A stretch of DNA of 63,803 bases, counting the filler, from Nemertoderma westbladi (Eukaryota; Animalia; Xenacoelomorpha), in assembly GCA_032718475.1 (NCBI GenBank). It is 3 parts of 3 records of this genome, joined end to end, with 100 filler letters (N's around TTAATTAATTAA, not from the genome) between each part and the next. Parts side by side here need not be neighbours in the genome. Positions count along the whole stretch, not along the records: positions 24,720 to 55,132 come from JAUCBJ010003427.1; positions 55,233 to 63,803 come from JAUCBJ010008341.1; 1 more part is not named here. The stretch is one strand, 5' to 3'. Below are positions 48,163-60,310 of the stretch, piece by piece (positions within the stretch are counted from its first letter, which is position 1; each line of letters starts with the position of its first letter). The translations under genes were made by a program, and so were the position numbers. The notes beneath the pieces are model-generated. The model saw only the letters and a program-made list of their open reading frames with translations, was not told where the DNA came from and ran no database searches.

Positions 48163-48860
48163 AGGTAATGAATGGTAGGTTGTGGGGCGAGCCGCAAAAG
48201 TAAACGAGCTTAGCATACGGCTACCACTGTTGTTCTACCATGTCCAACTTTAAACGTTAATATCTCGCCAAATACCAATGAAATCTATCCAAACTTGGTA
48301 CACATGTAGTCTGGCAAAAGTTTAGAAATTTTCCAAGTTGAATTTACGTGTGGCCTTCGAGAAGCTAAGCTAATAGCCGTTAATTAGTTAATTAAGTTGA
48401 TTACAGTAAGGTAAAAAAAATGTTGATTTGATATACAGTACTATCGGCATAAGGTAAGTTTTAATATTACTACAGATTGGGTCGCCTCCACACCTAAAAT
48501 ATGTAATTTGTATCTTATAACTAAGCAATTGAATTTTCACTGTTCTTCTGCGCTATGTAATAATATATTATAGTAGGCTGGGGCCGTAGGCCCATACCGC
48601 GTTTATAAATACGTGTTTATGTGAAATAGCACTTATTATTATTTTATTTAAATTATGAATTATAATATAATTTAAATTTTGTATAATTTATAAATTTTTT
48701 ATAGACTACATGTGTACCGAGTTTGGTTCCATTTCAACCACGATTGACCGACTTATTAGCGTTCAAACATTTCCGACAACAGATGGGTCCACTAATTATA
48801 CTCCTACCATAAGGCTCACCTGTACTAACGTGGCTCGCCCCATAAACTAACAAATGAACC
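48163..48860. mobile_element. Probable old non-autonomous TIR element
   Basis: Inverted TGGGGCGAGCC / GGCTCGCCCCA with weaker flanking complementarity. Confidence 0.45.
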
Positions 48861-49239
48861 TAAAATATAGAGGAGCCGTCCGACACCCTGGGCCAGAATA
48901 CAGATCTGGTCGAAAAATTTAGATCACGAATTTGGGTGATATTTCGTGACTCTTGTCCCAAAACGATAGAATATAGGGTAAAATAAAAATAAATATATCG
49001 ATAATTTAAGTAATTTAATATTTATTTAAAACTTCTAAATATTAGTTACCAATAAATGAATTAGCCCATGGATATAGAAAGATTAAATGGTGTCTATATT
49101 TTAATTTATAAATATTTGATTTGGCTATTGTTAAACAGCTTGAGACGATGTTTAGTATCAGTAAAAATGATTTTCACCCAACTTTAGGGTCAAGAGACAC
49201 CAAAATGTGAGGTTACATGTGGGGGTGCTGCCCCCCAAA

Positions 49240-49930
49240 TAGCGATCCACTATACATTCTTATCGGTGCAACATGAACCACCGGAGGAAACCTGAAGGCT
49301 CCTCTCTCTAGGGAAACGTCACCGAGTTTAAATTCCCCGTTTATACGATGAAGTTTAAAGGTATAATTTTTGTGCTGTAAGTTTTATTGGGGCTTCCCAT
49401 TTGCAGTGACGAGAGAGTTTGTGTGCGGTTTAGTACGGCAGTCATGATGGTTTGCTAGAAAAACTTCTGACCCGGAGTCCACAAGGAAATGGTCCCCAGC
49501 GTTCTTATCCTAGATGTACGAGGTGGAATTTTAGACCAGCTGCTCTCGCACCACTAGTGGCTGGTTGGGGCGTTTCCCTGGTTCTGATGTGTTCTTGGCG
49601 TTATCTCCATATTTACTGTTGTGTACCATCAGAGACCGACATAGAGATAGTTTCCACTTTCCACCATGCATACAGCTGTACAGCTAGCCACACTTTGGTC
49701 TAAGATAGCGACCACGTAGTAGTGATAACGTGTGTCGTCAGTGGTAATAGGTGGTGTGGCGAATTGTGCCTCGGCTTGTAAAAACCAGACCTCAAGTTCC
49801 AGTGGCCAAAACGTCGGGAGTTTTAAAGAGAGGGCGTTGTTTTCGGCCATTGCAAATAGAATAACAATACAGCAATAGACAGAAAATAGAAAATCTTGGT
49901 GTTGGGTATAGTGAGATCAAGGTGTACTAA
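49240..49930 (-). pseudogene. Heavily deleted Gypsy element (gag N-terminus plus integrase scraps)
   Basis: MAENNALSLKLPTFWP..WFLQAEAQF..DDTRYHY at 49629-49850. Confidence 0.75.
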
Positions 49931-50165
49931 ATAACAGGTCATGCAGCGAGCGGATTGCTGAAATTAGCGTGGGCCGATGGTTTATAGCCGCTGTATAGGC
50001 TTCCTGTAATATTACACATGCAGTACAGCAATGTAGCAGTGTACAAAGATTTGCATTTACAGAGATAATAATAAATAATGAAGATATTTATTCTGGTATT
50101 ATTTATTTATTATTATTTATTAGGTAATAAGTAATTTCACTATTTCAGCTGGTAAATCAGAGATT

Positions 50166-50596
50166 TCATAATTTTAATTTGGATAAAATATCTGCGAAGT
50201 AAGCGGCTGCAATTTGTTTCAGTGCTGATAAGAAGCTGATTCTGCAAATGTTCGTAGTCGTCTGACAAAAAAAGTTGTAACCGAGTAAACATAAGGAAAC
50301 TAACTCGTCAGTTGGATAGATAAGGCCACCACGATTCAGCTCCGTAATAAATAGGTATTTCTTAGACGTTTCGTCATCGGAAAGATAATCTTCACCATAA
50401 TTGCACTTAAACTTAGGAAACGATTTCACCACGTATCCGGCAATGTATACAAGCGCCATGGATTGGTTTGATGTATCATTGACGAGATCAATAGTTAAAT
50501 TATCAATGACATCCCGATCGGCATAACTAAAGTCTACCTCGATGGAACAAAGTTCACAATGGTGAAGAGACTGTGGCAGAACAATGTCTAAATCTA
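50166..50596 (-). pseudogene. P-element/THAP9-like transposase C-terminal fragment
   Basis: LVYIAGYVV..ELNRGGLIYP motif. Confidence 0.7.
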
Positions 50597-51964
50597 GTAC
50601 ATGTCTACTATGATGGGATAGATGAGCTTTAAACACTCAGGTATTTTAAAGACCATCTACTCCACTGGCACGATTGGTCTTAATGCTCTTTGCAGCAGCC
50701 TTCACTTCTGCAAAGGAGATATCACCAATGGGAATATCTGGGAGTACAGACTCAGACACTTTTACTTCTATAAAGTTATCAGGCAATACCCTGTCATTAT
50801 TGAGGAGCTTTTCAAAGTGGGCCTTCCAACCATTGAGGCGATCGGCTGGTGATTCAGCCTTAACCTTGGTGGTTGGTTGGCTTTTTCGACCAGCAAGCAA
50901 GTTGATCGATCTCCATGCCTGGGATGATTACCTGCTGTCGTCAGCATCATTGATGGCATCAACCTGTTGGTTTATATGCTCCCTGGGCGTCCTCCAGGGA
51001 GACACACTTGCACCATTCTTGTTCATAATTGTTGTTGACTATGTTCTACGCATGTCCTTGGATCATCATAATGATGATGGGGTGATGATAACTCCACCTA
51101 CTGGCTCCAGAAGTCGAGGAAATCCTGCCAAGTACCTAACTGATCTAGACTTTGCTGATGACTTAGGAGTACTCTCAGAATCACTAGAGGGAGCCTAACG
51201 GCTCCTCAGCTCATTAGAACATGCTGCTTCTAGTGTTGGTCTTTTTATTAACTCCAGAAAGACCAAAATTTTGACAGTTAACTTTGAAAGTCCTCAGCAA
51301 GTCTCTGATCGGATGAGCATAAGCTCAAAAGATGGTATGCTTGAGCATGTGGATGACTTCTGTTACCTGGGATCATGGATCCGGAAGTCAGGTGAGGACC
51401 TTCGAATACGTAAGGGAAAGGCATAGACAGCCTTGAATAGGCTTTCCAGGATTTGGAAGTCACCGAGAATTAATCGGAAACTTAAGGTCCGGTTATTTAG
51501 AGCTGCAGTAGTTCCAGTACTCCTCTATGGGAGTCCATGCTGGGCTCTAACTGCTGAGGACACCAAATCTTTGGATGGCACATTCACAAGAATGCTACGC
51601 CGGGTTCATTGTGTCAAGTACAATGCACACATCTCCAACCAGACACTATATAACATTGGAGGTGTCTCATTGGTTCCCCCAAGCTTGACACTAGAACATA
51701 ATCGCCTCCGCTTTGCAGGACATTGCTTTCGCCGTGAGGACCAACCAGTGCATAATCTTGTACTTTGGCAGCCTCATGGAGTGAATAAGCATGATGGACA
51801 GTACATGACGTTCTTGAGACGCATCTTAAAGGACACTGGCCTTGAAGATGCGGATGATCTAGCAAATGTCATGGGTGATAGGGAGTTGTGGCGGTGCAAT
51901 TTTGTCGATAAGCCGGCACATCATTCTTAAAAATGCAGCTGCAATGCAGCATGCCGATCCTAGT
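50597..51964. mobile_element. RTE LINE copy with an inverted 5' segment (50597-50978 minus; 50980-51964 plus)
   Basis: Minus part encodes WKAHFEKLLN..RASGVDG..IYPIIVDMY (matches 38210-38320); plus part runs from GVLQGD to the 3' end with stops. Confidence 0.85.
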
Positions 51965-52394
51965 AACGTCTCCAAAGTCATTCAAAGGTAAGTAGCAGGC
52001 CTTGGATAACGTCTCCAAAGTCATCCAGAGGTAAGTGACAGGCGTTGGAGAACGTCTCCAAAGTCATCCAGAGGTAAGTAACAGGCCTTAGAGAACGTCT
52101 CCAAAGTCATTCAAAGGTAAGTAACAGGCCTTAGAGAACGTCTCCAAAGTCATTCAATGGTAAGTAACAGGCCTTGGGTAACGTCTCCAAAGTCATCCAG
52201 AGGTAAGTAACAGGCATTAGAGAACGTCTCCAAAGTCATTCAAAGGTAAGTAACCGGCCTTAGAGAACGTCTCCAAAGTCATTCAAAGGTAAGTAACAGG
52301 CCTTAGAGAACGTCTCCAAAGTCATCCAGAGGTAAGTAACAGGCCTTAGAGAATGTCTCCAAAGTCATTCAAAGGTAAGTAACAGGCCTTAGTG
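51965..52394 (+). repeat. Minisatellite, 10 x 43 bp
   Basis: Unit AACGTCTCCAAAGTCATTCAAAGGTAAGTAACAGGCCTTAGAG at 51965, 52008, 52051 ... 52352. Confidence 0.95.
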
Positions 52395-52396
52395 AA

Positions 52397-52534
52397 CTAG
52401 CAAATGTCATCTAGCAAATGTCATGGGTGATAGGGAGTAGTGGCGGTGCAATTTTGTCAACAAGCTGGCACAGCATTCCTAAAAATGCAGCTGCAATGCA
52501 GCATGCCGATCCTAGTAGTAGTAGTAGTAGTAGT
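52397..52534 (+). mobile_element. Second copy of the RTE 3' terminus with (TAG)n tail
   Basis: Repeats about 51860-51964 and ends in GTAGTAGTAG. Confidence 0.85.
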
Positions 52535-52899
52535 ATATGGGCCGTCTCCACAACTTGCTGTACAGACACGTAATAGTTCCCACCATGGGATTGTTGAATG
52601 TGGCCAAAGTAAGCCTCCATATCATCCGTCTGTATAGTTCACCAAGACAAACGTAATGGTGCGGATGCCTCACTGGCAGATTCGTTGTCAGTAGAAACTG
52701 ACACAAAGTTACAAGTCCGCTATAACTTTCTGATAGACCTGAGCTTGTTTTGTCAGTTACGGATTGACGCCAACCTTTATCCCATTTACTTGGCCCCATA
52801 TGGCCCCATATTGGTGGTACATCCAGAAACATAGGCGGAGGTCCTGTTGGAACCACTGCCACCCCTCGCACTGTCTTTCTGTGTTCTTTCAGTGTTCAG

Positions 52900-53099
52900 T
52901 GTTGACTAGACTCCCATGTTCACTGTAATATCTGTGATATTAACGATATTAGGTAGCCGTTCAATCCAGAGCTGACACAGAGCATTGTCACTTGGAAACC
53001 TACTGTATATACTGGAATATTTTCTTTTACTTGTAGAGGGTCACTCTGAATCGGCTTGTATCCAGTACGACAACCTCCAACACTGCATTTTCTTCCCAT
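52900..53099 (-). pseudogene. THAP zinc-finger N-terminus of a P-element-like transposase
   Basis: MGRKCSVGGCRTGY, then after a frameshift FPSD..LWIERLP; same strand as the 50166 fragment. Confidence 0.65.
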
Positions 53100-53242
53100 T
53101 ACTGCATTATTTATTATTACTGAGATTATACTGAGAAGTAGCGGTTGCCGGTCAGCCGGTAACCCAAACCCTACAACTGCCACCATTACAGTACCAGAAC
53201 CTACGGTGGCCCATAAGTGACAGCCATACAACATTTATAAAA

Positions 53243-53745
53243 CAACATTAACATTTAGGTTATCAACATTAACATTTAGGTTATCAACATTAGCATTTAC
53301 CCTATCAACATTAACATTTACCCTATCAACATTAACTTTTAGGTTATCAACATTAACATTTAGGTTATCAACATTAACATTTACCCTATCAACATTAACA
53401 TTTACCCTATCAACATTAACATTTACCCTATCAACATTAACTTTTAGGTTATCAACATTAACATTTAGGTTATCAACATTAACATTTAGGTTATCAACAT
53501 TAACATTTAGGTTCACTTAACATTTACAACATTAACTTTTAGGTTATCAACATTAACATTTAGGTTATCAACATTAACATTTAGGTTATCAACATTAACA
53601 TTTATGTTATCAACTTTAACATTTATGTTATCAACATTAACATTTATGTTATCAACATTAACATTTATGTTATCAACATTAACATTTATGTTATCAACAT
53701 TAACATTTATGTTATCAACATTAACATTTATGTTATCAACATTAT
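53243..53745. repeat. 21-bp minisatellite, about 24 copies
   Basis: Unit AACATTAACATTTAGGTTATC with variants TTACCCTATC and TTATGTTATC. Confidence 0.95.
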
Positions 53746-53833
53746 TATATTCATTATTCATTTATTCCTTATTATCAACTTTGCATTTATTCAACCTACA
53801 CCCCCATTACATTAGGTACCGGCACAGAGTAAT

Positions 53834-54610
53834 ATGGCATCTGAAGAGGAACTTATCACTCATTATTTTAATTGTGGATTTTCGTATAAAGAAATTGTAA
53901 CATTTTTACACGCTTTCGGTTTAAATTTGAGTATTAGGACATTGCTAAGGCGCCTACTACATTATGGTTTATATAGACGTAGAGGAAATAATCATCTGCA
54001 TCTGATCTCTGAAGAGGCAATTCGTGAGAGAATAAAGAATGTAATTGAAGGACCAGGGAGTCTTGCAGGATACCGCACTGTTTGGCACGCGCTTCGTTTA
54101 CAGGGAGTAGTTGTTCCACGTCTGTTAGTACAGAAACTTCTAAAAGAGATTGACCCTGATGGGACTGAACTACGTAAACGCCACAAACTCAAAAGAAGGC
54201 TATATTACAGTCGAGGACCCAACTATACTTGGCATATAGATGGGTACGACCCAGGTTGGAATTCATGCATGAACGCGCAGGTACGCGTCCGAGTTTTGCA
54301 GCATGAATTCCAACCTGGGGTATGACAAGCTCAAACCCTGGGGGTTCCCTATTCACGGCTGTATTGATGGTTATAGCCGCAAGATACTGTGGTTAAATGT
54401 GATCCGTTCAAATAACTGCCCCGATAACATTGCTTCTTTGTTTCTCAACACTATTAAAAACTTAGGTTATCCCCAAAAACTAATTAGCGATCTCGGTACA
54501 GAAAACTGTATCGCTGCTTCTATTCAAGCCTTTCTACATCAAAATATAAACGCTCACCGTTATGTTTCCTCCCAGCATAATCAGCGTATCGAGGCCTGGT
54601 GGTCTCAGCG
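53834..54610 (+). pseudogene. IS3EU-like DDE transposase interrupted by a 68-bp MITE
   Basis: GYR, RRLYYSRGPNYTWHIDGYD|KLKPWGFPIHGCIDGYSRKILWL, DLGTEN, NQRIEAWW. Confidence 0.85.
54251..54318. mobile_element. 68-bp MITE with 8-bp TSD (hAT-like)
   Basis: 18-bp perfect TIR CCAGGTTGGAATTCATGC; flanks GGTACGAC and GGTATGAC. Confidence 0.85.
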
Positions 54611-54699
54611 CAGCGATACAGTTCTCTGTACCGAGATCGCTAATTAGTTTTTGGGGATAACCTAAGTTTTTAATAGTGTTGAGAAACAAAGAAGCAATG

Positions 54700-55709
54700 T
54701 GTAAAAGCTTTTGCGGAATTAGCTGGTTATTTTTCCCGCAAAGTACTCTGTAGTTGGTTTAACGGACATAAAAAGCCGTTTCCTTACTGTACCGGTGTTT
54801 TAGTGGACATAAAAAGCCATTTCTTCTGTATGTGTACTTTAGCGGACATAACTAGCAATTTTATGTCGCAATACGCTAAAATCCTCTTGGCACAGTGTAG
54901 TTACCATGACGACATCTAACAGCTGATATGTCCACGTGTAACATTTCTTTGTTCTTTGTTCTCTCTTTGTTCGGTCGACCAATCAGAGCGTTTTTTGACT
55001 CTGTGTTGGAGGTTGTATACAGAAACTCATGAATTGAGTCAGTATGTGTATTTTGTCCACAGCCAGAAGACCGGCTTTGGAACCTCTGTGTTTTCAGGCT
55101 TTAGCCAAACATTAGTAGGCTTTGGTCATAGANNNNNNNNNNNNNNNNNNNNNNNNNNNNNNNNNNNNNNNNNNNNTTAATTAATTAANNNNNNNNNNNN
55201 NNNNNNNNNNNNNNNNNNNNNNNNNNNNNNNNTTATGTGTGATCAAATATACTGACGGTCGGCAGAATAGTGTGCATGATTGTGAGTGTGATGTGACTGG
55301 TAACAAAGCATTTCCTAAAGAATGCGACTTATACTTTAATCATAAGCCTTATCGTTGCGTTTAGTATAAGTCCTAGCTCTGTTTAAATAGATAGAGCGCC
55401 ACGTCCTAAAGGAACTGTTAATATTTCCCGAAAGTTAATAATATCTGTCAGAAATTACATATTAGTGATCTATCGAATAATACAATAGGTTTACACTGCA
55501 ACCTTACACTGCAATAATAAAATCTAAGCATCCGAATTCAGCCTCCCGGGTGTAGATCCATCGGGTGAATGATCGCGCATGGGCTGGCTTCGGCTAATGT
55601 TTTGTTTATTAGCATAAAATATTGTCGTATGCTAAAGATGTGTTAATTAACTAAAAGACATATAAATTTTGGCAGGTTAAACTGCTAAAGGTCTTCAAAA
55701 GCGCGAACA
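54700..55709 (+). repeat. Diverged LTR of the same BEL-derived family, spanning a gap
   Basis: Starts TGTAAAAGCTTTTGC and ends AAAGCGCGAACA; no matching TSD. Confidence 0.85.
55133..55232. other. Assembly gap with artificial spacer
   Basis: N pad with TTAATTAATTAA at 55177-55188. Confidence 0.95.
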
Positions 55710-56868
55710 ACTACACTACTGACTACTTACTGTATTCAAAATTGTTAATTTCCTAACTAAATGAAAAAAGAGACGAAAACCCACGGGCAGCAGTGCGATA
55801 TCTCATCGCGGTCAGCGCTACAAAGTAAAAGGCAAAATAGATACAGTAGGTGTGGAGCTATATTTAGCAATGCAGTAATTACAGGATAGAACAGAATAAA
55901 AAATGTCACGATCGAACCACAGTTAGGTATGAATGACTTTATAGAGTCATTGTTACTGATAGCATGGTGAAATGGATATTGTTGAAACTATCGTATTGAG
56001 TACAATAATTAAGAACTGGATTAAAATTGGATTTAAAAAAAAACGTAGAATTCAATTATTCAAATAATTAAAACGATAATTTGTTGAATTGAATTTTTTT
56101 GTAAACTTTTATAAAGTACTGTTAGTAGCCTACTACTTCGTTTTAAACATTAATATTTAGTTGCAACAATAGGGTTGCTGCCTGAAATTTTTTGAGCCGA
56201 TATTATGATTGCATATTGTCAATTACTATTATAATCATATATAATTATTAATTACTATTATAATTACCACCGCAAAAAAAATATAAATATATTTTCTTAA
56301 TTTGTTACTTTTTCGCTCGAAAGTACCCCAAAATCGGGAGAAACTAAGGAAAGTAGTAACCCGTAAGATTGCATTAATTTTACTTTTTTTCCCTGCAAAA
56401 AAAGTAAATTAAACTATTTTTGGTGGAATTTCTTATAAATATGTGGTTTTTCACCACATTTCCCCACATTACATGTGGTAAAAGAGCATCGGCGTAGAAA
56501 ATCGGTAACATGCGCAATTTATATTTTATATCAGCAAATAAATCAGCTCATTTCGCTCGCTATTACATTGTTGAGTTATCATTTAGAGTAATGAGAATTG
56601 TTAATTACTGAGCCCTGCGCCTGGTGGGATTGGACGCAAATCCCATCTCGGCGAATTAAAGGCCCATTTTTTCGATGTTAAACAGATATTTTGTACCGGT
56701 ATCTATAATGTATGCAGTACTCATACTACAGCAGTACAGTACAACGTTGTGTAATAATATTTTTATTCATAAATTGTTACTTGTAAATCTCACAAACCAT
56801 TTATTGAATAACTATAATAATAATGCAGGGTGGAAATTATCAAATGACAAACGCACACTGTCACGTCT

Positions 56869-57975
56869 CTATACTGTAGGTTTGCTTGGCAGCCCAGCAC
56901 CGTCCTCAAACCCCTGCCCACTTCTCCACTTCACCCGCGAGCCCCGTAGGCAATGGGAGGCCCCGCGTATTATCGCGAACTGGACGCGAGTTCGGACCCA
57001 GCCCATCGTGGTGCTGAAAGGTCGCCCCCAGGAACGGTGCAGCCTATCAGCCAAGATACGGAGGAGGTGGTTTGCCTGCGGAGCGAGTACGCCGTCACAG
57101 GACGCAACAAACGGGGAGAAGTCGCCCCGTCGTGCCGTCACTGCTTCCGCGTACAGCCGCTTCTTTTGGTCTTCGGCCGACTCGAGGATAGACATTGGGG
57201 TGCGACCCACATAGGACCCGGCGTCAAGGTTGATAACCCGAATGTCTATCAACGCCTGGGTCTGTGGGTTTAGCGCACCCCGTATCCCCACATCGCACCG
57301 AAGACCTGCGGCACCCTCCACTCCCTGCTGCTCGCGGACAACCGGCTCGCAGACTACGTTTCGAGGTCCGAAAGCCATAGCCGAGAGGTCTCCAACCACG
57401 TCCCGTAGTTCGTTATGGCGCTGTATAACGAGGCCGCCTTTTTTACAATTTAGACCGTGGTTTAAATTGAAGGCGGCCCCGCACCCATCGCACCGGCTTG
57501 GCACTGCCGCCAGGGGGCGGCCGTATCGGATCGCCAGCGCGTCCCGGAACTCCAGGGGGGACAGGTCCATCTGGTGGTCGGCCATGGGCAGGGAGGAGAT
57601 CCACCCACTCGAACGGAAGTCGGCGGTACGTTGTACAGTCCGCCGGCGGTCCGGTGGCAGTTCCTCCAGCACAGCTTCCAAGTTGGATTTCTCTCTCCCA
57701 AGCTGCTGCTCCCGTCCTTCCTTCCTTGCCCGCTGTAGACAACCGAGGTGTTGCGCGTTGGAGAACTCGCGGTGTCCCAAAATGGCCTCGGCAAGGGATC
57801 TGGTTCCCGCCCGCGATACGGCGTATGAATGTGGGGCCTCGGTTGCTGGATTCCGCAGTCCCATTCCTGCCATCCGTGGGGAGAGGGCAAACAGGCTGCG
57901 TTCATTGGAGGATATTGGGTCGCCGAAGACGGCCGGCAGGAATCTCTGTACGATTGCCTCCTCCAGTGGCTGGTG
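56869..57975 (-). mobile_element. 5'-truncated CRE-like non-LTR retrotransposon (CCHC + restriction-like endonuclease)
   Basis: CDGC..H..C, QRHNELRD, RCD, DIRV, E..K..Y, FSPFV; GC-rich open frame. Confidence 0.88.
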
Positions 57976-59455
57976 TAAATTGCTTACTTGTAAATTGATT
58001 TATATGATAGGTACCGGTACCCCAAAATCGGGAGAAAAAGTTTCATTTTTTCCCTATGGAAAAAAGTAAGTCCTGAAGCCATAGGGTTGCAATGATTTTA
58101 CTTTTTTTCGGGCAAAAATTAAACTAAAATATTTTTTCTAGAATTTCTTAAATTATATTACATGTGTTCAAAGAGCATCGGTTTAAAAAAGGTTTGCAAG
58201 TAATTTGAGCCAAATCCATAACACACTCAAAAGTTATTGCAAATTTAGTGTCTGCAAGGCGAACTCCAAAACGGAACTCAATATCCAATATTGGTGTACT
58301 GTATACGGTTGTTAAGCGGCACTTTGGCTACGTAATAATTATTAAAGAACATTGACATTTATTTAACATTGAGATGGCAGCATCAGGAGTTGAATCAGTG
58401 CAGTAATTTTAATTGCAGTAACTATTCAGTTTTTTTTAGCACTTCAATTTATTTTGTAATCGCTCTATCTTCTATTAGAATTGAGCAACAAAAAGTAATA
58501 AAATTACTTATTACATGGGAAAAAAACTAGAACTCATTTTTCACCATGCTCGAGGCATTTAATTTACCGAGCACAAGCTAGGTGAATAAAATGCCAATTT
58601 AATAATTATTTTTTATTAATTAATATAAATTATTACTAATACATGTTACATGCATAGTTTAACCGTTTCAATTTAAGTCGGTGCAAATTTAATTTTCAGT
58701 CGGTGCAAACTGACATACACCACCCCCACCCCCACCCCCACCCCCCACCTGATAAGTGTGAGGGGCAATTCGAAATTTTTGTGAAAGCATTTTAAGCTTT
58801 TTTTGGAGCCATTTGAGCTCAAAATTGAACAATGCAATGTGCAAGGCTGTAGGATGACGTTAGGCAGTGCATTAGCCAGTATTGCCTAACATTGTATAAA
58901 CTATGGTACCATATACTGTACCATGGATGTTAAGGTAATTGATTGTGATCAACGCAATTATTGTACTGTACAACGTTGTAATTGCTGTACTAAATCTATG
59001 ACAACATTGTAACTCGCTAAATAAATTGGTTAGTAATTGTTGTAATTATCACGGTATAAACCCATTAGTTCCCCCGCAAAACCAATTATTCATATGAAAA
59101 ACACACAGCCTGTACAATAATGGATATGGGAGGATGCAGGATGTGGTATGTGATATGGTGTCAAAGCGGTATAAGATATTCTGCAGAAACCAAATTATTT
59201 CTGAAAATGTAAACCTTTAGCCCCCCCCCCCCCACCCCATCCCCATCCCCATCCGACCCCCCTCTCCTAAATGATATTGTAATAAATTGTTCAGAAATGG
59301 AAAAAATTAGAAAGCGCATCACCGGGGGTTGAACCAGCGCTATACGTACGTTTCGGCCTATCGGGCCTCTTCAGTAGCGCTAATAGGTTGAGCCACTCTC
59401 CCCTGACAATCACATTTCTATTTATTCCCCTTCTACTGAACAGGTAGTCATTAGT

Positions 59456-59675
59456 CTCCCCCCCCCCCCCCCCCCCCCCCCCCACCCCCCACCCTCTGTG
59501 ACGGGTGGGTGGCGGGAGGGGGGGAAGTCCGTCCTGTGCATCTACGACGGCTGGGGGGGGGGGGGGGGGGGGCTGTGCCTCTGAGACGGCTGGGGGGGGG
59601 GGGGGGGAGTCCTGTGCATCTACGACGGCTGGGGGGGGGGGGGGGGGGGTCCTTTGCCTCTGTGACGGCTGGGGG
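59456..59675. repeat. Poly-C/poly-G tracts with a short repeated unit
   Basis: CTGTGC(A/C)TCT..GACGGCT followed by long G runs, 3-4 times. Confidence 0.8.
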
Positions 59676-59982
59676 GTGATTCCTATGCCTGTGATGGCCA
59701 GCTAGTAGGCTACTTAGTCCTAATACTGCAATATAATATATTTGGAAAATCACCTTATATAAACTAAAATTTGTTTGATTTATTATTTCTATAAATGACA
59801 TATTGAAAGTTTTAATTATTATTAATACTACATCTAATCTAATGTATGTCTTATTATTGTAAATATATCAATTAATAGTTTTAACGTAACGTTGTATTGT
59901 TTTTTTTTTATCTATCGCTTTGGTTGCCTTGCATCAGTTCAACGATTCATCAGTTCATCATGGCGATTGCGCACACAGACAG

Positions 59983-60310
59983 TTACCTATTTCTACCTTG
60001 CTGGTCCCTGTCCAGTAACCAGTAACTGAGTACATCAATCCATTTATAGACTTGATTGAAGTGCCTTTTCGAGAGATGCGGTCCGCAAACTCTATACATA
60101 AATCCCGCAAACTGTGTGTAATCCCCCCTTGAGGTCCAAATAGCGTTTTATGAGCTGATTCGTCTTTGTTATTCCCTTCTTTTCCATCCGCTGGTAGAAA
60201 ATCGGACCAATTCCAGGAACCTTGATGAGCTTGGTTTTGTATATCTTAGACATCCCTGTAGCCGCATAATCCAACTCCTTTTTCGTTGATTTGTTTCGCT
60301 TTGTTCGGTA
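59983..60310 (-). CDS. Divergent barrier-to-autointegration factor (BAF)-like ORF with a frameshift in a G6 run
   Basis: STKKELDYAATGM..VPGIGPIFYQRMEKKGI..YLDLKG|DYTQFAGFMYRVCG parallels BAF [50 protein letters not shown]. Confidence 0.6.

Larger units (their letters stand above)
53202..54612 (+). mobile_element. IS3EU-like DNA transposon, 3'-truncated
   Basis: TACGGTGGCC terminus, subterminal minisatellite, integrase-core transposase. Confidence 0.65.

Noticed and set aside
51965-52394. CRISPR array
   Set aside because: Units are contiguous with no unique spacers, there are no cas genes, and the context is eukaryotic.
53235-53900. NVNVDNL / MLSTLTF repeat proteins
   Set aside because: Translations of a 21-bp minisatellite; no ATG start or other coding evidence.
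56675-58069. Several long overlapping + strand ORFs
   Set aside because: Antisense shadows of the GC-rich CRE-like ORF.
59291-59801. Poly-Gly/Pro ORFs
   Set aside because: Produced by homopolymer G/C tracts.
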